A stretch of 64,000 nucleotides of DNA from a virus (lineage: Duplodnaviria > Caudoviricetes), in IMG/VR virus record IMGVR_UViG_3300045526_000331, positions 5,858-69,857 of that record; one strand, 5' to 3'. Under the pieces are notes generated by a model. It ran no database searches, had not been told where the DNA came from, and was given only the letters and a program-made list of their open reading frames with translations. A program made the translations under genes and the position numbers. This document shows, piece after piece, positions 19,926 to 29,082 of this stretch; positions within the stretch are counted from its first letter, which is position 1, and each line of letters begins with the position of its first letter.

Positions 19926-22900
19926 GTGAATACTGAAAGGCTTATCAGGGAGAGGGCAGTACCGATTGTCTCATCGGTCGTAGACTCCTATCTACTCTTT
20001 AAGACAGAGGGGGAGAGGGAAGAGTTCTACAGGGTGGCTGTAGATCTTCTTGTTAGAATATCCAATAGAATAGAATCCAATGAGTCAATTAGCATTAGTG
20101 AGTTTAAGGGGGAAATACTTGCCCTGGTGTTTTACTTTGGACACGACACTAAGACTTTACTGAGGCTCTTTGAACTTGTCTGGGTGGGTATTGATAAGGA
20201 GGTTAAGAAGAACAATGTAGAAAACCCCGATGCCGTAAAGACATTTGAAAGGTATGGGAATCTGATCTTTGAGTCTTTGAGGGACGTAGCCCTTCTCGCT
20301 CAGGATGATGTTACGGGCTTGTTGGGTAGACTGGAGGAGTATGGGGAGTCAACACTCCAGGTAAACCTGGGCAGGACAGACTCAAGATTGCTTGTCAAGA
20401 ATAGAGACGAGGAAGAATTCTCCCTGACCTACCCAAAAAGACTCAAGACTAGCTTTCAATCCGTTTTTGAAGAAAAGGTACTGACGCAACGCCAAAGAGT
20501 TTTCTCCGCAGCGTTTGACATAAATAGCGTCATATCGGATTCCTACGTAAAAATCCCTAGCCCTGAGGAAATAAACCTTGACCTCTTAACTGCTACATTT
20601 GCCGGAGAGGGTAAAAAGATCTACGACTCTTCAATCGATATTTTATCCAAAGCCACGGACATAGCCGGCTATCAGGGCTCCCATGCCGGGTCTCTGGACT
20701 ACCAAGCAGTGTTCTATGAGTATTTGCTGGCAATGTCCTACGGCAAAGTACTGTCAATGGGTTCTCTTAATGAGAACTTTGGGAACTTTGAGTCGATATA
20801 CGGGGAGAAGAGTAGAAAGGGCGGGATCTTTGGCCTGAAATTTCTCGAACCTATCTACAAGACCCGCTCAGCCAATCAATCAGAGTCTTTATCTCAGCCT
20901 GTTTCCAGTAAGTTTTTGGGTGGGATTAGGGAAAGATTTGGGGCTCCGGAAGGTTTTGGAGTCAGCTTTGGGGCTCTAGTTCTGGAGTCAATCTACGAGC
21001 AGTGCCTTAAGTTGGGAGACTCTATCAACTCCATACTTAACAGGCCCCCGTCTGGTATAGGAGACGTTAGCTATATCTACGGTATTCTTCAGGAAATCTT
21101 TCCTCCCTCCATGTCCATGAGGGGTAGGAGGGAGGGATTGACCGGGAGCATTTACAACCTGCTAAGCTCCTATAAGAAGCTCTATTCTCTGACCATGGAA
21201 GAGCCAGATCTTGGGCTGTTCTTCCAACAAATAGCCACCCTGTCCCAATCCATTCAGACCCTGTCTTCCTCAGTAAAGTCTGCTGGGTTTGACAAAAATG
21301 GAATTGTGGCATCCTTAGAACTTAAGATACACACTCCGAGTAAGGAAAAGGCATCTAAGAGGCTAATACAGTTGGGATTTACAAAGGATGAGGTTGAGGG
21401 CATAATGACCTCTCAGAACTTTTCCGATCTGCTTAGTAAATTCAGCCCAATAACAACCTCTGCGGATATTATCTCCTTCTTCAGGGCTTTTGAACTGGCC
21501 AAGCTCATTTATGAGTTTGGTGGGCAAGAGTCTATTGATCAGTATATCAACTACCTTTACGGGGTGGATGAGTCCACCTCCCTCCTCAGACTGTTAAGTT
21601 TCCTGGAGAAGGGGAGATCTACAGCATCAAGGGTCGTAGGAAGTAAGTATGCTAAGCTGATTGGATACTTGGTCACACTGACCTACGCCATAAATCCCTC
21701 AGAGCTTATTAGGGTAAACTCCATCCTCTCCAAAAATAATCTAAACCTCTTTGACTCCATCACATACCTGATCCAAAGAGGCGAACCCTCAGTAATCAAG
21801 AACAAGGACCAGATCTTCCTCCTTAGCGGAGTAGCCGCCCAGATGGTAGTCTCAGATAACTCTGACTATGAGTTTGGTAGACCGCTTTGGAATGAACTTA
21901 TCTCCAAGTCCTCGGGAAATGCCATTGAAGATTTAACAGGACTGTATGACAAAGTAGAGGGAATTATTCCGGAGGAACTAAACTCTATTTTGAATCAACC
22001 CTCCCCTACTTCTCCACTCGGACAACTCATGGACGGTGTTAGAGGGGGAAGTCTAACGACTGTTCTTCGGCAGTGTAATCTGCTGGGTATTCTGTACAGC
22101 CTGTCCGACTATAGGAACTCAGGGCAACTGATCAATAAAAGAGCGGAAGAGTTTGAACCAATTTTGCGCACGGTATCTACAATGGATACTCTGTCTGAGA
22201 GGCTAGACCTGGCCTATCTGATTTTCAGGAAAAGTTCAGGGGAAAGACCTCCTGTTACGACTTACAACGACCCCCTAATTACCGCTCAAAATAAGTCTTT
22301 TGAGGCCATTATCGCCCTGATAACCGGACAGACTGTTGTTGACCCCCTTCCTGTAGATCCCCCGGGAATTGGTAACTCTCGTCTACCCAATGGGGTTAGA
22401 ATGACCAACTCCCTAACCCCCGAAGAGGCTTCTATAATCGCACCGTTAGGTCAAAGCCTGGGGGTGTTCTCAAGAACGGTAGGGGAGTCTACTACGGGGA
22501 GTGGACTGATCAGAATGTCAGTAGAGAACCTCTTGGCATCTGGAGTAGTTACGGGAGGAGTTACCCCGGGCATTGAACTCCCAGAACAAACTTCTAACGT
22601 TGTTCCACTGTCCGAATACAGTGTGAAGTATGAGGTTAGCCCATCGGCCTCTCCCCTTATCACCTCAGGTTCTCCGTTCAGTCCTACAAGTTCCTGCAAG
22701 AAATTTGGAGGGACGAATTGTGAGTATGATGAGGACAGCTTGTGTAAGACGAAGAATGGTTACAATAAGTCTTCACTTCCAGAGGACGGATACGGTCAAT
22801 CCCTATTGCCCGGGGTGGATAATCCCTCGGTAATGGTAGACAGGCCTTTGGGGCAAACACTTACCCCCAGTACTACCAACAACTCCGTTCCCTCGTCCTC

Positions 22901-23117
22901 CCCAGAGTATTACTTTACCCAGTACGGACTGAATAAGTCTAGTAGACAGGGTTTGCTAAAAACCACGGAGATGCTATGTGCGTCCTTATCCGATCCTTTT
23001 GAGTACGGAGCCTGCATGTCCTTGCTAAAGTGTAAAAAATTCAGGCCACCCTATCTGGGCAAGTACAGTCTGCCCTTCTGCCCCACAACTCTTCAGGGGG
23101 GTAGGATAATCCGATGA
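19926..23117 (+). CDS. 1063-aa hypothetical, probably virion, protein with Cys-rich C terminus
   Basis: Long ORF; GTTGAAATG variant at 19895-19903. Confidence 0.8.
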   Translation: MNTERLIRERAVPIVSSVVDSYLLFKTEGEREEFYRVAVDLLVRISNRIESNESISISEFKGEILALVFYFGHDTKTLLRLFELVWVGIDKEVKKNNVENPDAVKTFERYGNLIFESLRDVALLAQDDVTGLLGRLEEYGESTLQVNLGRTDSRLLVKNRDEEEFSLTYPKRLKTSFQSVFEEKVLTQRQRVFSAAFDINSVISDSYVKIPSPEEINLDLLTATFAGEGKKIYDSSIDILSKATDIAGYQGSHAGSLDYQAVFYEYLLAMSYGKVLSMGSLNENFGNFESIYGEKSRKGGIFGLKFLEPIYKTRSANQSESLSQPVSSKFLGGIRERFGAPEGFGVSFGALVLESIYEQCLKLGDSINSILNRPPSGIGDVSYIYGILQEIFPPSMSMRGRREGLTGSIYNLLSSYKKLYSLTMEEPDLGLFFQQIATLSQSIQTLSSSVKSAGFDKNGIVASLELKIHTPSKEKASKRLIQLGFTKDEVEGIMTSQNFSDLLSKFSPITTSADIISFFRAFELAKLIYEFGGQESIDQYINYLYGVDESTSLLRLLSFLEKGRSTASRVVGSKYAKLIGYLVTLTYAINPSELIRVNSILSKNNLNLFDSITYLIQRGEPSVIKNKDQIFLLSGVAAQMVVSDNSDYEFGRPLWNELISKSSGNAIEDLTGLYDKVEGIIPEELNSILNQPSPTSPLGQLMDGVRGGSLTTVLRQCNLLGILYSLSDYRNSGQLINKRAEEFEPILRTVSTMDTLSERLDLAYLIFRKSSGERPPVTTYNDPLITAQNKSFEAIIALITGQTVVDPLPVDPPGIGNSRLPNGVRMTNSLTPEEASIIAPLGQSLGVFSRTVGESTTGSGLIRMSVENLLASGVVTGGVTPGIELPEQTSNVVPLSEYSVKYEVSPSASPLITSGSPFSPTSSCKKFGGTNCEYDEDSLCKTKNGYNKSSLPEDGYGQSLLPGVDNPSVMVDRPLGQTLTPSTTNNSVPSSSPEYYFTQYGLNKSSRQGLLKTTEMLCASLSDPFEYGACMSLLKCKKFRPPYLGKYSLPFCPTTLQGGRIIR

Positions 23118-23911
23118 AAACCATCCAAACTTTTTTTAAAACTGAAGGCCAGGTAAACTCGCTCGATTTTGGGTCGGGGCAGGAGTTCAATCATATTAGG
23201 GGAGACTCTGTCTATAGGGCCTTCCTTAGAAAAGAACTTGTAGACTCCTATAGGATGGATGTGGAGGTCACCGGAGAAAACATAGACACTTTAAAGCTCA
23301 CCAACCAGCAATTACTGACATGGGACGATCATTGGATCGATCCTCAAGCCGGCCTGTGCATCGATCCCCTCATCCGGTCAGTAAACCTTCAAAGAAACTC
23401 CCTGGTCTATGCAAACTTCAGTGTACCCAGGGCTAAGCTGGAGGAGCTTAACCTGGAGGGGAATGGAAAGCTTACCCACCTCTACATACACTGCACCCCC
23501 GAGCTGAAAAAACTCAATTTATCCGGCTGTACCTCTCTGCAGCATATCAGTATGGGGGAGAACAAGGAGATAATGGAGCTGAATGCGAAGGATTGCAACC
23601 TATCCACCTCTTCTCTGGAGCAATTACTCAGGGACTTCCGTCCGACTATCACCTCCAGTGCTAATGATAGAGGAGCGGGAATGTTCCGGAAAACACATAG
23701 TACCTTGCTGGATCTGAGGGGAAACCCTATTGACTGGTCCAATAGGAAGATAGCCTCTAAGATCCGAATGCTACTCTGTAACAACTGGATTGTTAAGTGG
23801 GATGTCAACCCTCCGACTGAGGTCATTCCTCCCGCTCTCTACGCATTTTACGTTGAAAGCAAGATAGCGAACAGAATAGAGTATGGCCGATCTCCGGACC
23901 AGGTTTCTTGA
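23114..23911 (+). CDS. Leucine-rich-repeat protein
   Basis: LEELNLEGNGKLTHL, LKKLNLSGCTSLQHI, LLDLRGNPI. Confidence 0.75.
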   Translation: MKTIQTFFKTEGQVNSLDFGSGQEFNHIRGDSVYRAFLRKELVDSYRMDVEVTGENIDTLKLTNQQLLTWDDHWIDPQAGLCIDPLIRSVNLQRNSLVYANFSVPRAKLEELNLEGNGKLTHLYIHCTPELKKLNLSGCTSLQHISMGENKEIMELNAKDCNLSTSSLEQLLRDFRPTITSSANDRGAGMFRKTHSTLLDLRGNPIDWSNRKIASKIRMLLCNNWIVKWDVNPPTEVIPPALYAFYVESKIANRIEYGRSPDQVS

Positions 23912-24785
23912 AGATTATGCCGGTGGCTTGTTAAACGTAGCCCGGCAGGAAATTTCTAGCACTGGGGAGGTACTGGCCCAGGACGGATTTGTCGATAATC
24001 TGACTTTTTTTGTCGAAGACGGGAGGGGAGTCAAGAGCGGTCTTAGACTAGGGGCTTCTCTAGCTGAGTGTACAGATCCCCTTACGGAAACAGGGGTTCT
24101 TAATGTCAGGACAGCCGATAGAACCTATGCCAAGATCAGGGACCTGAAGATCTTCTCCACTGCGGTGGCTTCGGCTCAAGCTGCCCTGTCCGAATCAGTC
24201 GCAGATTCCTTCACTAATTTAGAAGGGGCGTTTGAGTCCTTGGAAACTGATGTTCAAGTCTATAGAGAGAGGGGGAATGAGGCTGTAGAGGGACTAAGTC
24301 AGCAAATTACATCATTGACGACCTCGCTGACAGACGTACAAAGTTCCTTGTCTAGCAATACCCTAGAGATACAATCTTTGTCGTTAAAGCTATCCGAAGT
24401 TGAATCTACCCTGTCTTCCTCAGGCGTAATTAAACAAGAACTTACGTCTAGCGTACTCACCCCAATCATCACTGCGGGACAAAGCTCAGACCTTTCTATT
24501 GATGCTTGGAACTACTACGCCATTCTAAGCGTTTCCACTGACGTTCCCTCCTGGGTTAGCTTCTACATCTCCCCCGAAGCAAGAGAAAACGATCTTAGAA
24601 CTGAAGTGCAAGGAACTGTGCCCGGCTTGATTACTGATGTTGTTACGGGTACGGGGGGATTGACCATCGTATTCGCTCCGGCTATTATCGGGTATGGGGC
24701 AAGCAGGGGAGTAAATATCAGAGTTAGGAATATCAGCCAATCATCCAATAGGATTAACGTAACCCTACGGTATATTAAGCTCTAG
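23883..24785 (+). CDS. Hypothetical virion protein with coiled coil
   Basis: Heptad segment; late motif at 23852-23860. Confidence 0.7.
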   Translation: MADLRTRFLEDYAGGLLNVARQEISSTGEVLAQDGFVDNLTFFVEDGRGVKSGLRLGASLAECTDPLTETGVLNVRTADRTYAKIRDLKIFSTAVASAQAALSESVADSFTNLEGAFESLETDVQVYRERGNEAVEGLSQQITSLTTSLTDVQSSLSSNTLEIQSLSLKLSEVESTLSSSGVIKQELTSSVLTPIITAGQSSDLSIDAWNYYAILSVSTDVPSWVSFYISPEARENDLRTEVQGTVPGLITDVVTGTGGLTIVFAPAIIGYGASRGVNIRVRNISQSSNRINVTLRYIKL

Positions 24786-25127
24786 AGAGTTTCTGACATC
24801 GGTCAGAAATTTTTTAGTCAATCTGACTGCTACGATCGGTCCCACTTTTCTCATGACATAGAGCAGCACTCCAGACTCGCGCTCCCACTCCTCCTCAAAG
24901 ATAGAGGAGAAGGTCTTTTTGTGAATGTCTACACCCCCCAACATCTCATACAGAGTATTCTCATCGAATATCCACATGCAATTTGACTTATCCAGTGTGG
25001 CGATGTACAATGCGAAGGGTGTGCCCTTCGCCAGAACACGGTCAATAGAGTCTATGGCATCCTTGACGTTGCCACTCCGTCTAAGACACTCAGTAAGTAC
25101 GTGTTTTTCCTCTTCGGTGTTAAACAC
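24765..25127 (-). CDS. Hypothetical protein
   Basis: 120-aa ORF overlapping the upstream ORF end. Confidence 0.6.
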   Translation of the reverse strand: MFNTEEEKHVLTECLRRSGNVKDAIDSIDRVLAKGTPFALYIATLDKSNCMWIFDENTLYEMLGGVDIHKKTFSSIFEEEWERESGVLLYVMRKVGPIVAVRLTKKFLTDVRNSLELNIP

Positions 25128-25404
25128 GGAAAGACCGGGATTTCTTGTCCAATCCCAACACCCCCATAATGTGCTTATTCATTTGAATGGCTAGTTTTAG
25201 GTCTTCGGGGGAGAGTTGCACGGCTGGCTTAGCGGATTCGACCACAACTTCTGCAGCCTGATGCTCTGATTCTGAAGCCGGCTTGCTGCGGCGGTGCTTT
25301 TGGGGCTTCTTCGGAGAGACTTGGGGCTTCTCTTCGGGTTGAGTTTCTTCTTGCCCATTCGTGCCAGGCAGCAAGTTGAGACTTTGTGAAGTTTCCGGGT
25401 CCAT
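25120..25404 (-). CDS. Hypothetical low-complexity protein
   Basis: Late motif at 25438-25446. Confidence 0.6.
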   Translation of the reverse strand: MDPETSQSLNLLPGTNGQEETQPEEKPQVSPKKPQKHRRSKPASESEHQAAEVVVESAKPAVQLSPEDLKLAIQMNKHIMGVLGLDKKSRSFRV

Positions 25405-25447
25405 GGGGGTTCATAACGGCTATGTCGCCTCTAGAAAGCTTTCAACC

Positions 25448-25804
25448 CTACTTTGTGGAGCGGACGGCATGGCCGGAATTAACCAGGGCATCCGATAGCT
25501 TTTCCCCATTTGCACGATAGACATCGGCCACCCACCTCTCAAAGGTGGTAAGGCCGGTGGTTTGGACAATGCAGGGCTCGGAGGACAACCAGACCGAAGT
25601 GTATTGTGCTGCGCTGACTCCAGCCAGACGGGTAGCTCCATACATCTCGGGGCAATTGATCCCTTCTATCCTAATACGGATTTTCCAGGTGGGCTTTAGG
25701 TTAAACCCCACGTCCTTGCCGACTACGAGTTCGATAGTATCTCCGTCGATAACTCTAACAACTTGGATAAGGTCGTAGCGGTAGTCGGGAGTGAGAAGGG
25801 ACAT
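25448..25804 (-). CDS. Thermonuclease (SNase-fold) protein
   Basis: VVRVIDGDTI, IRIEGINCPE, FERWVADVY. Confidence 0.85.
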   Translation of the reverse strand: MSLLTPDYRYDLIQVVRVIDGDTIELVVGKDVGFNLKPTWKIRIRIEGINCPEMYGATRLAGVSAAQYTSVWLSSEPCIVQTTGLTTFERWVADVYRANGEKLSDALVNSGHAVRSTK

Positions 25805-25819
25805 TTTGCACCGTAGGTT

Positions 25820-26110
25820 CTAGATGCTTTCACCTTCAGGGAGGGGAAATGGATAGGGTGTTGGGCTGAAGAGGACTTCAAACCACTCTCCGCGCTCATT
25901 ACACCAATACAGGGAGGGTTCTTCCCCCGGAGGCTCATACCACACCATCTGTTTCTTCGCATTAGGGGTGAGGAGGGTGGACGGGGGCTTTGAGCCGTGT
26001 TTGAACTTAACAATTCGCCCCCCAAGACTTATCTCATTTCTAAAAAGGGCATGGGATGGGGGTAATGCTGAGGGTCTTTCGTCTAAAGACCACCAAGGGG
26101 CTTCTTCCAT
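25820..26110 (-). CDS. Hypothetical protein
   Basis: 96-aa ORF in the tail fibre operon. Confidence 0.55.
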   Translation of the reverse strand: MEEAPWWSLDERPSALPPSHALFRNEISLGGRIVKFKHGSKPPSTLLTPNAKKQMVWYEPPGEEPSLYWCNERGEWFEVLFSPTPYPFPLPEGESI

Positions 26111-26128
26111 GCCTAAATCTTAGCAGAT

Positions 26129-26581
26129 TTAGGTGCCCGGAGGGGTTGGCCACTCCACCTCCCAGGGATAGAACACCTGGAGTTCGATCTCACGCAGGTT
26201 CTTTCTATAGGCAGCCCAGAGTTCTTTGTCCACAGGGGAGTCCGGAAGCTGAGTCCAGTCCGATTCCTGCAATAGGAAGTTTCTTTGGGATTTTACCTTG
26301 GAGATTTGCTCTGACACCCGAGCATCCACTTCTTTTTTGCTCGCCGCGACTATTCCCCAGGCCTGCAACCAAGCTCCATCTACATTTTCCGGATCGAGTT
26401 CGATTACGTTCTGAGTGTAGTCAGTTTGGGGGCGAGGTGTCTCTTCTACGAGAATCACCCCGTGCTCAGCCAGGAGTTCAGCACTGGGCTCAAAGGGCAT
26501 GCTGATATATCTCCGAAGATTGTCCAAATCATAGGGATACTCAACTATAGTGTTGTCTTCGACTCTGGCGTAGAGGGTCAT
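26129..26581 (-). CDS. Tail fibre assembly chaperone-like protein
   Basis: RNFLLQESDWTQLPDSP...WAAYRKNLR. Confidence 0.8.
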   Translation of the reverse strand: MTLYARVEDNTIVEYPYDLDNLRRYISMPFEPSAELLAEHGVILVEETPRPQTDYTQNVIELDPENVDGAWLQAWGIVAASKKEVDARVSEQISKVKSQRNFLLQESDWTQLPDSPVDKELWAAYRKNLREIELQVFYPWEVEWPTPPGT

Positions 26582-26584
26582 TTG

Positions 26585-27235
26585 TTAAGAGGGTTTGATT
26601 GAGAAAAGGACACACTGCCTATTTGAGCTGGTAGAACCAGTGCTAGTTCCAGCTAATCTATCACCAGTAGCCCCAGCACCTACGTTCTGCCTATATACAG
26701 CGAAGAGGGGCCGGGTCGTTCCCCCGTAGGACACAACTTCAGTCATACCCGAAGGGGAGATCCAAGACAATGGGGGAGATTGAGAAATATCAAGCCCCCA
26801 AGCTCCCAGTAGAATACTGTCGGAATCTGCAGTGGTGATAGATAATGCCCTGTATGCGTTTCTATTTACAGTACCTGTTACTCCCCAAGCAGCCCCCCTA
26901 AAAGCCATGATAATTCCGCAAAGGTTGGCGTTGTTAGTCGTAGAAAAAATTACAGAGGTGGAAGATGTCTCCCCCGGAGCTGCGATTTTGTAAGCAATAC
27001 CTAGCCCTGGAGGGTTAGATTCGTTTATTGCCCAAGTCCAACTAGCTTGTGTCCAGCCGTTCGGGTTATTACCCCCTCCAAAGACCACAGCGATTAAAAG
27101 GTCTCCTTGCTGAGTGCCAACGGGGTAGGTAATAGTCAGATTTTTACCAGATACTGAGGGGTAAGTAGCCCTCATACCCACATAGGTTGGCGTAGATTTA
27201 ACCGATGTCGAGGCCGCTAGTCTTGTCCAAAGCAT
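26585..27235 (-). CDS. Tail fibre-associated beta-rich protein
   Basis: YPVGTQQGDLLIAVV, Ser/Thr-rich. Confidence 0.65.
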   Translation of the reverse strand: MLWTRLAASTSVKSTPTYVGMRATYPSVSGKNLTITYPVGTQQGDLLIAVVFGGGNNPNGWTQASWTWAINESNPPGLGIAYKIAAPGETSSTSVIFSTTNNANLCGIIMAFRGAAWGVTGTVNRNAYRALSITTADSDSILLGAWGLDISQSPPLSWISPSGMTEVVSYGGTTRPLFAVYRQNVGAGATGDRLAGTSTGSTSSNRQCVLFSIKPS

Positions 27236-27272
27236 GGGGAGTTGGGTTCCTATTTAGCCTATCAACGCAATT

Positions 27273-27614
27273 TTACCCTCCGGGGGCTATCCCTCCGACC
27301 CAGGCCTCATTTTCAGGGGTGCTGGGGTCGTCTCCAACGAATCTCCCCTGCTCATCACGCGCACGAGTTGCCACTGGAGACGAAAATACATCAAGGATCT
27401 CGTCATAGACATCCCCGATAGCGGCGTACTTCCCTCTGAAGTTTGAGTTGTAACTTGTTTGCACCCAGCGGGTATCGCTGCCAAAGATTCCCTGCAGGAA
27501 AGCCACGCCAATCTCTTCGTGCTCCTGCCCGTCTCCCGCGAGCAAGTCGTTGTTGTCAACGGTTAAAATGCGAACAACCTTGCTGTTCTGGTCAAGTTCT
27601 GCAAAGTGTGCCAT
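27273..27614 (-). CDS. Hypothetical protein of the tail fibre module
   Basis: MAHFAELD...WVQTSYNSNFRGKYAAIGDVYD. Confidence 0.75.
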   Translation of the reverse strand: MAHFAELDQNSKVVRILTVDNNDLLAGDGQEHEEIGVAFLQGIFGSDTRWVQTSYNSNFRGKYAAIGDVYDEILDVFSSPVATRARDEQGRFVGDDPSTPENEAWVGGIAPGG

Positions 27615-28540
27615 TAGGAGTTGACGGTAAAGGTTCCAGTTGCGGTGAATGTGTGAACAGTGTAGTACGCCCCATTGAAAAAGACATTGACAATGGTTCC
27701 GCCTGTGGCCCGCTGACTTCCCCTGTAGCGAATAACGCAGCGACCGCCTGATCCTGAGCCAGCCTGGTTTCCGTTTCTGGCCCCACTGCCACCCGATCCC
27801 CTAGTCGCCGTTGCATTGTTATTGCCACTGCCACCACCTACGCCACTACCGCCAGTGCCCAATGTGATGCCATCGGCACCACCAGCTCCACCTCCACAAA
27901 TAAACGTAGAGGTGCCACCATCGAAATTGGCAGTGTCATAGCCCGAGCCGCCATTGCCAGACCCCGACGAGGAAGCATCCCCCCCAGCAGAGCTGTACCC
28001 GCCACCACCACCGCCACCGTTTGTAGCGTCCGTAGTGGAATTCCAACCAGCTCCACCACTGTTTCCCTGTCCACTGGTTCCGGCTGCGCCCACCGATGAG
28101 GTATCAGCGGTGCTTTGAGCCCAGCCACCACCGCCAGAGCCGCCAGCTTTTGGTGGAGTTGTAGAGGACGCGCCACCACCACCTCCCCCAGTAGCCGTCA
28201 GCCCCAACGCACTTGAATTGCTGCCATCTGAACCAGCAACTCCAGTGGTGCCTCCCGCCGCTCCACCGCCGCCAATCGTAATGGTATAGGCAGTGCCTGG
28301 AGTAAGCTCAAGCCCGTGGCCAAAAACAAGGCCGCCAGCGCCTCCACCACCTCCAGTGCCGCTGTTCCCGCGACCACCGCCACCACCACCCGCAGCAACG
28401 AGAACATCAACAAGAAACGGCCCTCCGGGCCACTCGTTGGCCCTTATCGCCTCCAATGCCTCGCTAAGTCGCCAAACACCAGATGCAACAGTAAGGGTAG
28501 GGGCGTTATTCACCCCAATCACGCCACCTTGCGGACTCAT
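27614..28540 (-). CDS. Glycine-rich tail fibre/receptor-binding protein
   Basis: GGGGGG/GGAGG repeats; ends HTFTATGTF. Confidence 0.75.
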   Translation of the reverse strand: MSPQGGVIGVNNAPTLTVASGVWRLSEALEAIRANEWPGGPFLVDVLVAAGGGGGGRGNSGTGGGGGAGGLVFGHGLELTPGTAYTITIGGGGAAGGTTGVAGSDGSNSSALGLTATGGGGGGASSTTPPKAGGSGGGGWAQSTADTSSVGAAGTSGQGNSGGAGWNSTTDATNGGGGGGGYSSAGGDASSSGSGNGGSGYDTANFDGGTSTFICGGGAGGADGITLGTGGSGVGGGSGNNNATATRGSGGSGARNGNQAGSGSGGRCVIRYRGSQRATGGTIVNVFFNGAYYTVHTFTATGTFTVNS

Positions 28541-28878
28541 CAGGTAATCTCCAGTGCGCTAACTGTTACTTCCAGATCCCCACCAGCACTTGCTGTCGCC
28601 CTAATTTTCTCCCCCTGTTTCAAGACCAACTTGTTTGGGATTACCTCAAGAGAGGCATCGGGTGGAACCGCAATCGTACTAGCAATCTTTGCTATGGCAG
28701 TGTTGCTGCTGTTGGTGATGTCGAGAGTAATGTTACAAGGAGCTGTGCCGTCAACATTCGCCACGAGACAGCTCATAACAATGGCGCGATCGGTTGACGC
28801 AGCATTGGGTGCTTGATATACGTCAGTAATACTCGTACTGGAAAGAGCTACGGACGCCCTGTTAAAGGTTTCAGCCAT
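28540..28878 (-). CDS. Hypothetical virion protein
   Basis: Start/stop overlap coupling with neighbours. Confidence 0.7.
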   Translation of the reverse strand: MAETFNRASVALSSTSITDVYQAPNAASTDRAIVMSCLVANVDGTAPCNITLDITNSSNTAIAKIASTIAVPPDASLEVIPNKLVLKQGEKIRATASAGGDLEVTVSALEIT

Positions 28879-28881
28879 GTC

Positions 28882-29082
28882 TCAACTCAGTGCAATTATT
28901 CGTGAATAGGAAGCGGTGGAAGTAGTTCCACTACCCGCCCCTACTTCCGCCATCGACCCGTCCGCAGCTTTTACATAAAGTTTCTTGTTGGTGCTGTCCC
29001 AAGCTGGCTCAGATTCAACAAAATCCGCAGGGTTAGGGGTGGTCGACCCCTTACGGATTGTGATCTTGTGATTCCTTGGCAT
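28882..29082 (-). CDS. Small tail fibre N-terminal-like protein
   Basis: ITIRKG...EPAWDSTNKKLYV. Confidence 0.7.
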   Translation of the reverse strand: MPRNHKITIRKGSTTPNPADFVESEPAWDSTNKKLYVKAADGSMAEVGAGSGTTSTASYSRIIALS

